Source: Eledone cirrhosa | Taxonomy: Eukaryota | Direction of reading: 5' to 3' | DNA length: 64,000 bases | Assembly (NCBI GenBank): GCA_964016885.1 | Contig: OZ024748.1 | Location: forward strand, 26,598,001-26,662,000 | Part shown: one piece after another, positions 1 to 13,314 of the stretch | Position numbering within the stretch: position 1 is the stretch's first letter | Layout of the letters: each line of letters begins with the position of its first letter | The notes under the pieces: generated by a model | Seen by the model: the letters and a program-made list of their open reading frames with translations, nothing else | Databases searched by the model: none | What the model was told of the DNA's origin: nothing | Translations under genes and position numbers: made by a program

Positions 1-25
1 TATTAATATGCAAAATACTCAGATT

Positions 26-99
<74 letters not shown>

Positions 100-103
<4 letters not shown>

Positions 104-1085
104 TCCTAGCTAAAAGTAAACCCCTCTACTTAGCTTTTGTTGACTTGGAGAAAGCCTTTGATAGAGTCCACCGCTCCATTATCTGGTGGGCTCTTAGAAA
201 ACTTGATCTTGATGAATGGCTTGTGAGAACTATACCAGCCATGTATAAAGTAACAGCAAGGTTAGAATTAACAATGAATATAGTGAAGTATTTAGCATAA
301 AAGTTGATGTTCATCAAGGCTCTGTCCCTCCTATTTATTATTGCCCTTCAGGCTATAACAGAGGAGTTTAAGACCGGCTGCCAATGGGAACTTCTATACG
401 TAGATGATCTAATTCTCATAGCTGAATCTATGGCTGAACTAGAGAAGAAATTCCAAACATGGAAGCATGGCCTAGAATCAAAAGACCTTAACGTTAACTT
501 ATCTCAGACTAAAGTTCTAGTATGTAGAAAGGAAAATAGGGCACAGGTGCCCTCTGGGAAATGGCCATGTTCAGTGTGTAGGAAAGGAGTAAGTAGAAAT
601 TCCATTTTATGTCCCAAATGCAAAGTATGGGTACATAAAAGATGTAGTGGGATCACAGGTAAGTTATCTAAGAACATAGATTTTATATGTGGCCGATGCT
701 CAGGTGCAATAAGTAGCAAGTGCCCACAGGATACTAGCTCCTTCTATTGCCCAGATGGTTCCATAGAAATAGTGGACACTTTCCGTTACCTGGGTGACAA
801 AATCAGCAGTGGTGGAGGGTGCTCTGAAAGTACTGTAGCCAGAGTCAGAACGAGATGGAGAGCTTATACCGCTGTTGGCCACAAAAAGTTTCTCTCTAAA
901 AATGAAAGGCAGATTGTATGATGCCTGTATACGAACAGCAATGTTACATGGCAGTGAGACATGGGAATTGTGTGCAGAGGACTTGCACAGACTGTAAAGG
1001 AACGAAGCATGCATGCTCCATTGGATATGTAATAGTAATATATGTGAACGGCAAAACATAAATGAACTAAGTGAGAAATTAGGAA
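100..1085 (+). mobile_element. Degraded, truncated RTE-clade LINE: reverse transcriptase with internal PHD-type zinc finger
   Basis: Frameshifted pieces read LAFVDLEKAFDRV, ELLYVDDLILIAES (RT YxDD motif) and CSVC...CPKC..WVHKRC...CGRC (C4HC3), then FRYLG. 815-1085 is closely similar to the copy at 46910-47200. Confidence 0.9.
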
Positions 1086-1690
1086 TAATGTCTGTTGTGT
1101 TGTTTCGCTTGTGTTGAAGATGTGGGGTTGCATAGCCTTGATATAGTTCAGCATGCTGTCTATTGACATCCTACCAGATTTATCTGTAGGTAGGCACACT
1201 ACCTCACCATCCCTTGTGCGCTGCTTGAGGCTAAGTAGGCCTTCTACAGGTTTCCTTCCAAGTTGTTTGATATCTGGTCTGCTTTGTCTCTTAGTATATT
1301 GGTCTACTACCTGTCTAAGTTTATTTCTAACTATGGTAAACTGTGCCTCTGTTTCGTCATCTATTTGTTGTGGAATACAAACTCTTTTATTAAAAGGTAA
1401 TTTAGTGGGGTAAATTTTGTTCATTTTGTATGTTTTGTCAGCTGGGTTGAAGAACAGGTTCTCTAAGGGGTTGTCATTGAATCTATCGCTTTAATTGTGT
1501 GTACTATTATAGCTTATTATTGTTTTCCCTACTGTTAACGTTATTATTATTTCTGTTATGGTTGGCGGGAAATTAGCTAAGCAATGTAAAAAGGCTCTAA
1601 GAAAGACCCATCTAAAGATTAAAGTGGTAGAAAAGCCAGGAACTACCATAAAATCCCTCATCAGCAAAACATACTCCTTTAAGAAAATCC
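1086..1690. mobile_element. Penelope-like retroelement fragments in inverted arrangement
   Basis: Minus strand 1424-1090 reads GLLSLKQRTRDGEVVCLPTDKSGRMSI...Y...H, like the start of a PLE RT. Plus strand 1560-1685 reads GGKLAKQCKKAL..IKVVEKPGTTIKSLISK, like the PLE thumb/GIY-YIG linker. Confidence 0.6.
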
Positions 1691-1757
1691 AAATATAACA
1701 ATATCTGTTTCAACACATGATTTCATATCAAAAACCTTGCAAAACAAAAATTCATCG

Positions 1758-1789
<32 letters not shown>

Positions 1790-2549
1790 CAAAGAAAGTG
1801 TGGTAAGGAACCAGGTGGACCAACCATAATGCACCATACTGCTGGGTTAGTTCGGATCTAGCTGTCAAAATGGCTGGAGCTCAGCCGTCGGGGTCCTGAC
1901 TTTTTTCCTATGTATATGTGTGTGTGTGTATACATATATAAAAATGTATAAGAACATATATATATATATGTGTAGACACATATATAGTGTAAGTAGTTTA
2001 GAACTATAAATTTCAGTCTATTTTTCTATTGCTGGAATCCAGAGATTTCTCAAACTCAAGAATGCAGCCACCAGGTCTTAAAACTACATCAGGAATCTTG
2101 TCATTCTTGGTTTTCTTTAAATATCTTCACCCACTTTTTCCTGGATGGGTTATGGGGGCAGAGACAGCTGCTTCTGACAGTACCTGCTGGAATGAGTACT
2201 TGAGGACTCTGTAGATGTTTATTACAAAAATTGTAAAAAAAAGTAATAATAATCTATGAGAAACATCCAATCTTAGTTAAAAATCATTCATTCAACCATA
2301 ACGTGTATATTATAAAGATACAAGAATATAGTCTCAAATATATTATTTCTCTCTCTCTCTCTCTCTATATATATATTATATATATTATATATATTAATAG
2401 TAATGAGTATAATCGAAATTGCAGCCACAAGTAACAGATACGCATCTGATTGAATTTTGAAGACTGTCACAAAGCACTCAATGATAAAGTAATTAAGAAA
2501 TTTATCCTCAGAGTGAACACAAAAAGTTAGGTAATAGTAACACAATGAA

Positions 2550-2734
2550 TAATTGTTTCTACTTTTGGCACAAGGCCAGCAATTACCCAGTGCATTACTG
2601 GTACTTTATTTTATCGACCCCGTAAGGATGAAAGGCAAATTTAACCTTGGCGGGATTTGAACTCAGAATGGCAAGGGCCGTAACTCTATGCGTCAAAGCA
2701 TGGCATCCGACCCTCTACCGATACTGCCAATCCA
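2550..2734 (-). mobile_element. tRNA-derived SINE family A
   Basis: Reverse complement of the unit TGGCAGTATCGGTAG (A box), GAGTTCAAATCC (B box), TTTGCCTTTCATCCTTACGGGGTCGATAAAATAAAGTACCAG core, GTAGAAACAATT tail. Confidence 0.85.
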
Positions 2735-3049
2735 TGAATAATGTGACCAAAGTTACTCCCAAACTTACCTGTCTCAGGCAATACAGTCAAAACATGAAGA
2801 CAAATTTATATTAAAGGTAAGTGGTGCCTCAGCAGCACACAATTGGCCAAGCATGGTGAGCTTGGCTACACCACTGAAGACATGACCAAAACCAAACAGA
2901 AGGTGGCAAAGGTCAATATATACAATACTGACACAACTAAACCAGTACTTCATACTGATACAGATAGAGTTCACTGGTGTGTGAGAGTGGGGGAGGGGTA
3001 GGAATGTGTGAGAGACAGTGTGGGGCAGCGTTGTGTAAATTTGTGCACA

Positions 3050-4109
3050 GATGCAAATGTGTGTGAGTTTGTGTGTGTGTGTTTATGTGTGTTTGTGTGT
3101 GTGTTTATGTGTGTGTTTATGTGTGTGTTTATGTGTGTTTATGTGTCCATGCATTCATGTATATGAGTGTGTTTATGTATGTGTATGTGAGTTTGTGTGT
3201 CTGTATCTGTATGTTCATGTGTATGTCTATGTGTATGTGTATGCGTGTGAGTGTGTGTTTCTGTATGCCTTTGTGTGTTTGTATCTGTGTGCAGGGCCGT
3301 CTTAATGCATGGGCACGCTGGGCAGTTGTCCGGGGGCCCCACGAGGATAGGGGGCCCATTTGTATTTTTATTCCTGTGAGTGGTTGTGTAGGTAGGGGCC
3401 CCAGTGCTCTGCTTTGCCCGGGGGGGGGGGGGGGGCTATAATGCTGTTAAGACGGCCCTGTCTGTGTATGTGAGTTTGTGTGTTTGTATCTGTGTGTTCA
3501 TGTGTATGTCTAGGTGTATGCGTGTGAGTATGTGTTTCTGTGAGCCTTTGTGTGTTTGTATGTGTGTGAGTGAGTTTATGTATTTGTATATGTGTTTGTA
3601 TCTATGTGTGCATGTGTGTGAATCTAGTCAACCTCTTCTGTCATACCTTAGTATAGGAACCAATAAGGCAGCTGCTAGAAATAGCAGCCAAAACTCTTTC
3701 AAATCACACACCACTATGTTTTTTTTAAATATTAACACATTGGATATTTATAAGTGTAAGTGTGAGTGTTGTATATATGTGTATGTGTGTGTCTGTTGTG
3801 TGTGTGTGTGTGTGTGTGAGTGTATGTAGCCTTGTGATATTATGACATTGAATAAAGCAGACGTTAAACGATGATGAATGACAATATAATGGAAAAGTGG
3901 AACATAATATATATGTGTTAATTATACACACACACATACACACACATACAAACATACATACATACACACACACACATACATACACACATACAAACACACA
4001 CACACACACACACGTACATACATACATACATACATACATACATACACACATACACACACACACACATACATACACACATACACACACACATACAAACACA
4101 CATACACAC

Positions 4110-4142
<33 letters not shown>

Positions 4143-4153
4143 GACACACACAT

Positions 4154-4234
<81 letters not shown>

Positions 4235-4424
4235 AACATTTATACAATATATGTAAACATTTAAAAACGTTACGGACATTGCAGAAGTAAAGTTATATTG
4301 ATGTTATAGGCTGTTTGAATAGCCCAATACTACAATGGTCGTGTATATTTAATGTCATTGACAGATATATGGTGTATACACACACATACACACACACCAT
4401 CATCACACAAGCACACATCACCAT

Positions 4425-4455
<31 letters not shown>

Positions 4456-4721
4456 CATCATCACTCTCTCACACACACACATCATCATCATCTCACACAC
4501 ACACACACATACCATCATCACACGAGCACACATCACCATTGCACACACACACACACATCATGACAAACACCTCATCATTACACACACCTCATCTCACACA
4601 CATACACACACACCATCATCATCACACAAGCACACGTCACCATTGCACACACACACACACATAATGACAAACACCTCATCATTGCACACACCTCATTACA
4701 CACACACATCATCATCATCAT

Positions 4722-4760
<39 letters not shown>

Positions 4761-4805
4761 CATCATTACACACCACAAACACCTCATCATCATCACACAC
4801 ACATC
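3050..4805. repeat. Compound (TG)n/(CA)n/(CATA)n/(CAT)n microsatellite tracts
   Basis: Directly visible low-complexity runs. Confidence 0.9.
3292..3460. mobile_element. hAT-type MITE
   Basis: Perfect 14-bp TIRs CAGGGCCGTCTTAA / TTAAGACGGCCCTG. 8-bp TSD TCTGTGTG (3284-3291) / TCTGTGTA (3461-3468). Confidence 0.85.
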
Positions 4806-5699
4806 AATATTGGCATGGGTTCAATGAGTTATCACAGTCAGAGACTACACAGATCAGGGAGAGACCATCTTGCTCATACATTCCATATTTGGGATGGTTT
4901 CTAAAGCCAAAGGCTCTTCCTAACACCAACCACCTTACAGGATGTACAGGGTGTTTTTATCATGCCATGAGCACTGTTAATTTACAGAATGAACTGATGT
5001 ATTTTATAATGGCACCAGCACCAGAAATGTCATAAGCTTGGTCAGACTAAAGATTCCTTTTTACCTCATATAGTCTCAATTTGAATGTCAGCTACATTAC
5101 AGAGTGTACTGGGTGCTTTCTATCATAGCACCAAAGTTATCTCAGTATGTTTCAGATACAAACCCACAAACATACACATACATAAACTCATACACATGAA
5201 TATACACATAAACACACAAACTCATACACATTTGCATAAATATGTCCACCAATTTATAGCCCCTACACACACACTCTCTCTCCACTTTCCACTGAGTGAT
5301 AGACCTCTGCACCAGTGTCTAGAGTGGGAAAATATTTTTTTTTTTTGAAAAATATTGTTTATAACAAAATTTCTGTTAAATAAGATCTTCAGGGAGAAGA
5401 AGCAAAAACCACAGTTAAAAAGATTGTGTCTATAGAATTTTATTGTAAAATGAAAAGGCCATAAAATATCAAAGACAGTAATCCAGAGATTAAACTGGCA
5501 CTTTTGTGGAAGATGATTTATTGAATTTTACCCTGCAAAGTGTAGTTTTCTAAACAAGTCTGACACAAATCAGGCAACCTTTAGAAATGTATTTGCTCTA
5601 AGAAAGTCTTCAGAAAACTAAAATTTAAAACATTTCACACCATTCTACACAATAGTTAACACTTTCTGGAATCCTCTGGCTTTCAAGCAAAAGTTCAGT

Positions 5700-6500
5700 T
5701 AAAAGGACTTAAAAGCTGAAGTTTTATGCTGACTTGAATGTTCTTTGTTGGAACTTGCAACAGATCAGTTCCCCATGAAAATAACACACACTTTAGTGTT
5801 AAGCTTCACTTTTGTTTGTTGGTACCCAATACAATGAACTCAAATGGGCTGAAATGTTTAATATAGATATTTGGAGACATTTCATTTTTTGACAAGCAAC
5901 CAAGTGATACAAAATCTTTTGAGCAAAATCTAATGATCTCAGTTTGAAGTGAAGGACTGAGAAACAATGCAAATCTGCTTTTATAATGTTTTCATGGCAC
6001 TGACCCTGCCTTTTACTACTAGAATATGATATCTTGCTAGCACCCAATTTCTCCCATGCTTCCTTGAAGGAATTATAATCCTTTGTTATCTGGAATCCCT
6101 TGGGTAAAAATGAAATATGATTTGCATCAGCTCATGTGGGTGGCATAAATGACAGAATGCACCACTATGAAGAAGAGATACCACCTTGCCATCAATCATT
6201 TTATGTCATTCACTGTGACATATAAACCAAAACTTTCCCTGATAACATCCAAAGAAAGATCAAGTTCTACAGACAGCACATCTTGATCCTCTACACCCAG
6301 TACCAAGGAAACTGGACAAATAAACACTGTGTTGTTTGGAACAGGGTTTGTCCAAATAATGTTATTAGCAAGCCATAATTCTAATGGGCAATAACAAGAC
6401 AAAATAAATGAGGTCCTTTTTGTTGGGTTCAGAGTACCATAGAGAGACACTCTTTCTCTAAGTATGCCAAATTTATCACTATGAAGTAACTGATAAAACT
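5700..6500 (-). pseudogene. RAG1/Transib-superfamily transposase fossil (frameshifted, internally deleted)
   Basis: Collinear minus-strand pieces across frameshifts: KFGI...SFILSCYCPLELWLANNIIWTNPVPNNTVFICPVSLVLGVEDQDVL; MIDGKVVSLLHSGAFCHLC; ADANHISFLPKGFQITKDYNSFKEAWEKL...KRQGQCHENIIKADLHCFSVLHFKLRSLDFAQKILYHLVA. Order matches RAG1/Transib core motifs (NPxP, second catalytic Asp in DGK/DEK, CxxC, LH). Confidence 0.75.
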
Positions 6501-6789
6501 TATAAATTCAATACATTTATTTTTCTGCCAATCACAAATCATGGCAATTAAGCAATTTTTGCAGCAAATGCCAGAAAAAGAAATCAAGTTATATCTTTAA
6601 AATTAGATGCTTTCTTTGAATAGTTTTAATTCCATTATTTGCAGCTTGCTAAAATGCTTCTGACAAGCTATAAACGACTTCGCCGTGTCAATTTTTTGCG
6701 GAGATATGAATTTATTCCTAAATTTGGCATTATGGGTGGACTGTGCTCTAGTTTTTGTTAGGATATCATTCTAGAAGAAAAACTGATGT

Positions 6790-7319
<530 letters not shown>

Positions 7320-8483
7320 TTAGGTGAAGAGGCATCAAGCTATTTCAGTGGAAGGAAGCAACAAAAGAGGAAGACCTTGACTGAATAGGTGAGAGCTGAT
7401 CTGAAACCAGTGAACCGTACAGAGATGATCTGAAAGACTGATAGAAAAGAACCCATCCAACCCATCCAAGCATTGAAAGATGAAAGTAAACTGATGATGC
7501 TTGTATAAATATAAAAGGACTTGGTTAACTTAGAAAACATTGGGAAATTTGAAAATATGATTTCCACAATGCAGATAACTATAGTAATAGTTGATAACTA
7601 TAGATAATTTTGAATAAATTGAGTAAATTATTCCTGAAAATAGAAAAAGTGGTCAGAGGTCTCTGGCATCTAATCTCATCTGTCAGTCTCTCTCACCTTC
7701 CTGCACTCTTTCTCTCTCTCTCTCTCTCTCTTTGTCTGTCTGTCCCTCTATCACCCTCCTGCTCCCTTTGTCTGTTTCCTCTCTCACACACACACCTTCC
7801 AGATATCTTTCTCTGCCTCTCTCTGTCTCACCTTCCTCTTCTCTTAGTCTCTTTCTCTCACATACACACCCTCCTGCATTCTTTATCCCCTTCTCCCCAC
7901 CCTCTCTCTCTCAAGTGTCAAAATTGACAGTACCAAGTGTCAGGAGGAGTACATTTCTAAAGAATGTATTTGCTCCTGCCCAATATAAGTGATTCTTCAA
8001 ACAGCAATGTTTGTTTGTTTATGTGTTGATTGGTTGGTTTATTGTTTTAGTTTTAATCATTTATTTATTGTGAGTTTGTTTATATATATATATATATATA
8101 TATGTGTTAACAAGGCAGACTGATTGAGTGAATCTTTCAGAAGTCTGCCAATATGAAGAAATTGAGTGAAGGCCCTGTACCCTATTGTAAACACTCATAA
8201 ATCACACCAAGTACACCCTGTAAAGTGGTAGAGCTGCTTGTGAACTTGTCTTGCTTATACAGACTGATTTGGGCTTGGTTTCTACAGCTGGATGCCCTTC
8301 CTAACGCCAACCTCATTTACAGTGACACTGGAAGCTTTTTGTCCTGACACCTACACAACCACTTTACAATGAGGATTGGGTGCTTTTTGTCGGGAACCCT
8401 ACATGACCACTTTACAGTGTGGACTGGGCACTTTTGTTGGGACACCTTCACAACTACTTTAAAGTATGGACTGGGCACTTGTC

Positions 8484-8756
8484 GAAAATTAAAAAACCAA
8501 AATTTGTTTTTGCTCTTAACGTGTATTTATGAGTGAATAATAATCATATTACAATAATATCATAATATTATTAATATTTGGTTTGTTTGCAAACAAACAG
8601 CCCCATAAACACCATGTGTTAGATGACAAAATCATCCTTTTGTTCCAGTGGTAGCTGAGAGAAAATGATATTATAATATTATTATTATTCACACACGGAT
8701 ACATTTAGTTATCCACCACGTTAAGAACAAAAACAAATTTTGTTTTTTTAATTTTC
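8484..8756. mobile_element. AT-rich fold-back (MITE-like) element
   Basis: About 40-bp near-perfect terminal inverted repeats GAAAATTAAAAAACCAAAATTTGTTTTTGCTCTTAACGTG / CACGTTAAGAACAAAAACAAATTTTGTTTTTTTAATTTTC, with further imperfect pairing inside. Confidence 0.65.
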
Positions 8757-8849
8757 AGCAAAGCTGAACATGCTGTTTTGTCTATACTGACTAATTCTGC
8801 TCTCATATCTTTTAATTTTTTCACTTTTGGCTATGTCACTTTAGTTCCT

Positions 8850-9232
8850 CTATTATAACATTTAGCCCTTTCCCCTTTCTGGTGTATTTCCTTGTCAATC
8901 TATCTTTAGTATCTATGTTTTAGTTGTCGATATCCTTTGCTAGGGCCCCCATTTTTATCTACAGGATTGCTGAAGTAGTAACATTCCATGACCACATTTA
9001 CTTGTTTACTCCATTTCCATCGTGATTGCTGGTCCATTACTGAATAACGACCTACTGGAACTGGACCAGGTACTCCAAGTTTGCTGGGCACGATACTTTC
9101 ACCATCGAGTGTTCCAGTCCCGTTAATGCCATTGTTCTCAAAATATTTTTGCTTTACCATAATCACTCATATGAGTTAGAAAAAATAGATTTAACATATG
9201 AGGTAGCAATTATTAGGTTGCGTAACTACCAG
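8850..9232 (-). mobile_element. 5' fragment of an R4/Dong-like LINE (ORF N-terminus)
   Basis: RWKWSKQVNVVMECYYFSNP....PSKGYRQL resembles the conserved N-terminal block of R4/Dong ORFs. It lies next to (ATT)n at 9257-9290. Confidence 0.55.
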
Positions 9233-9255
9233 TGTTTTTATCATGACACCATCAC

Positions 9256-9288
<33 letters not shown>

Positions 9289-9293
9289 CATTA

Positions 9294-9503
9294 GGGCGGT
9301 GAATTGGCAGTATTGGTAGAAAGGTCAGACATGCTTTCCAGCGTAGTTATGTCCCTTTATGATCTGAGTTCAAATCCCGCCGAGGTTAACTTTGCCTTTC
9401 ATCCTTACGGGGTCGATAAAATAAAGTACCAGTAATGTACTGAGTAATTGCTGGCCTTGTGCCAAAAGTAGAAACAATTATTATTATTATTATCATTATT
9501 ATT
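9294..9503 (+). mobile_element. tRNA-derived SINE family A with (ATT)n tail
   Basis: A box, B box GAGTTCAAATCC, conserved core and tail. A degenerate related copy follows to about 9705. Confidence 0.85.
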
Positions 9504-9774
9504 AGGGTAGTGGATTGGCATAGTTGTTAGTGTATTGAACCAAATGCTTTGTAACATTTATTCCAGCTTTTTTCCGTCTGAATTAAGCTTTAACTTATTG
9601 ACCTCGGAAGGATGAAAGGCAAAGCACCAGTCATGTATTGGGGAGAGGGATATAATTGACTTTCTCCTCTCCACAAACTGTTGGCCTTGTGCCTAAATTA
9701 GCAATCATCATCACCAATGCTATTTTTGTTGTTGATGGCATTTGAAGGTATTTCCTTCCATTGAAACTTAAAAA

Positions 9775-11005
9775 CAACAACTGCAGCAATGTCTAATAAC
9801 AACCACCACATCAACAACAATAACAACTGCAGCAATGTCTAATAACAACCACAACATCAACAACAATAACAACTGCAGCAATGTCTAATAACAACCACAA
9901 CATCAACAACAACAACAACTGCAGCAATGTCTAATAACAACCACAACATCAACAACAACAACAACTGCAGCAATGTCTAATAACAACCACAACATCAACA
10001 ACAACAACTGCAGCAATGACTAATAACAACCACCACATCAACAACAACAACAACTGCAGCAATGTCTAATAACAACCACAATATCAACAACAACAACTGC
10101 AGCAATGTCTAATAACAACCACAACAACAACAACAATAACAACTGCAGCAATGTCTAATAACAACCACAACATCAACAACAATAACAACTGCAGCAATGT
10201 CTAATAACAACCACAACATCAACAACAACAACAACTGCAGCAATGTCTAATAACAACCACAACAACAACAACAATAACAACTGCAGCAATGTCTAATAAC
10301 AACCACAACATCAACAACAACAACAACTGCAGCAATGTCTAATAACAACCACAACAACAACAACAATAACAACTGCAGCAATGTCTAATAACAACCACAA
10401 CATCAACAACAACAACAACTGCAGCAATGTCTAATAACAACCACAACAACAACAACTGCAGCAATGTCTAATAACAACCACAACAACAACAACAATAACA
10501 ACTGCAGCAATGTCTAATAACAACCACAACATCAACAACAATAACAACTGCAGCAATGTCTAATAACAACCACAACATCAACAACAACAACAACTGCAGC
10601 AATGTCTAATAACAACCACAACAACAACAACAATAACAACTGCAGCAATGTCTAATAACAACCACAACATCAACAACAATAACAACTGCAGCAATGTCTA
10701 ATAACAACCACAACATCAACAACAACAACAACTGCAGCAATGTCTAATAACAACCACAACATCAACAACAACAACAACTGCAGCAATGTCTAATAACAAC
10801 CACAACATCAACAACAACAACAACTGCAGCAATGTCTAATAACAACCACAACAACAACAACAATAACAACTGCAGCAATGTCTAATAACAACCACAACAT
10901 CAACAACAATAACAACTGCAGCAATGTCTAATAACAACCACAACATCAACAACAATAACAACTGCAGCAATGTCTAATAACAACCACAACATCAACAACA
11001 ACAAC
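9775..11005. repeat. Minisatellite, about 46-bp unit AACTGCAGCAATGTCTAATAACAACCACAACATCAACAACAATAAC
   Basis: About 26 tandem copies that vary in the number of AAC triplets. Confidence 0.95.
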
Positions 11006-12934
11006 AACATCAGTAATAACACCAACAACAACATCAACAACCATAATATCATAACCATCACAACTTCCACATCAACCACAATAATACCATCAATATTAAC
11101 AACAACAACACCAACAACAATAACAACAACACCATCAATATTAACAACCTCAACAACCACAACAACATCCATAACAACATCCATAACAACATCCATAACA
11201 ACAACAGCACCACCAATATTAACAACTACAACACCAACAACATCCACAACAACAACAGCACCATCCTCAACCACAACAGCAGCAGCACCGACAACAAACA
11301 CAACAACCACAACACCAACAACAGCACGGGGTGCAGGGTGGGCTCAACCACAACACCAACAACAACCACAACAACAGCACCGTCCTCAACCACAACAACA
11401 ACCACAACACCAGCAACAGCACGAGGTGGGGGGGGGGGGCTCAACCACAACAACAACAACAGAACAACAACCACAACACCAACAACAGCACGGGGTGGGG
11501 AGGGGGGCTCAACCACAACACCAACAACATCCACAACACCAACAACAACAGAACAACAACCACAACACCAACAACAGCACGGGGTGGGGAGGGGGGCTCA
11601 ACCACAACGCCAACAACATCCACAACAACAACAACAACAACCACAGCACCAACAACATCCACAACAACAACAACAACAACACCAATATTAACAACTACTG
11701 CTCAGTGTATCAATTGTTTTGTTTCTGGGAACCATTCCGCCCTCCCTCCCTCTTCCTTGTATGGCAGTTTTGATGAATGACTTCTTCAATTGTCATCAGA
11801 TGCTCTCTCTCTCTCTCTCTGTATGTGTATGTGGTTATATCTATGGATGTGTATGTATGTGTGTGTGTGTGTTATGTATGTATGTGTGTGTGGTTGTATC
11901 TATGGATGTGTGTGTATGTGTGTGTTTATGTATGTATGTATGTATGTATGTATGTGTGTGTGGTTGTATCTATGGATGTGTGTGTATGTGCGTGAGTGGT
12001 TGTATGTATGTATGTGTGTGTGGTCGTATCTATGGATGTGTATGTATGTGTGTTTTTTATGTATGTATGTGTGTGGTTGTATCTATGGGTGTGTGTATGT
12101 GTGAGTGGTTGTGTGTATGTGTGTGTGGTTGATTCTATGAATGTGTATGTATGTGTGCATGTGTTTTTTATGTATGTATGTGTGATTGGTTGTATCTATG
12201 GATGTGTGTGTATGTGTGTGTTTATGTATGTATGTATGTGTGTGGTTGTATCTATGGATGTGTGTGTGGTTGTATTTATGGATATGTGTGTATGTGTGTG
12301 TTTATGTATGTATGTATGTGTGTGGTTGTATCTATGGATGTGTGTATGTGCGTGAGTGGTTGTATGTATGTATGTGTGTGTGTGGTTGTATCTATGGATG
12401 TGTATGTATGTGTGTGTTTTTTATGTATGTGTGTGGTTGTATCCATGGGTGTGTGAATGTGTGAGTGGTTGTATGTATGTATGTGTGTGTGTGGTTGTAT
12501 CTATGGGTGTGTGTGTATGTGTGTGAGTGGTTGTATGTATGTGTATGTGGTTGTATCTATGGATGTGTGTATGTGTGTGTTTTTATGTATGTATGTGTGT
12601 GTGGTTGTATCTATGAATGTGTATGTATGTGTGCGTGTGTTTTTTATGTATGTATGTGTGATTGGTTATATGTATGTATGTGTGTGTTTTTTATGTATGT
12701 ATGTGTGTGTGGTTGTATCTATGGATGTGTGTGTATGGATGTGTGTGTCCATATGTGTGTGTGTGTGTGTCCATATGTGTGTGTGTGTATGTCTCTACAC
12801 ACCAGTTATATTACAATGCAATTCACTCTCTCACTCTCACTCCAACTCTCTCACTTTCACAGTTTCTCTTTCACTCCCTCTCTTTCTCACTCATTCTCAT
12901 TATCTCTTTCTCCTATCTTCACACTTTCTTTCTA

Positions 12935-13018
<84 letters not shown>

Positions 13019-13185
13019 CCTCACACACACACAAACTCTTTCTCTCTCTCTCTTATACACACACACACACAAACTCTTTCTCTCTCTCTCTCTTATACAC
13101 TACACACACAAACTCTTTCTCTCTCCCACGTTCACACACTCTCTCTTTCACTCCCACATTCTCTCTCACACTCTCTCTCTCTACC
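11005..13185. repeat. Low-complexity (AAC)n-rich tract, GTGGTTGTATCTATGGATG-punctuated TG-rich repeats, and (CA)n/(CT)n
   Basis: Directly visible. Confidence 0.85.
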
Positions 13186-13314
13186 TTAGGAAACAGAGAT
13201 TCCATTAAAATATAAACACCTGCACACATCTGCTTTTTGAAGTCCTTTCTTGTTCTTCTGTTTCCTCTTAAATTTATGTCTAACAAACAATGGTGTTATA
13301 ACCAATGTTTATTG

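Noticed and set aside
5300-5700. Possible RAG2-like partner or TIR downstream of the RAG1-like fossil (GCAAAAACC at 5402)
   Set aside because: No kelch- or PHD-like reading frame is visible and no correctly spaced heptamer was found. Element ends could not be defined.
10970-11780. Mucin-like Thr-rich ORFs (also 54557-55297)
   Set aside because: Derived from (AAC/ACC)n low-complexity DNA open in several frames. No splice or domain support.
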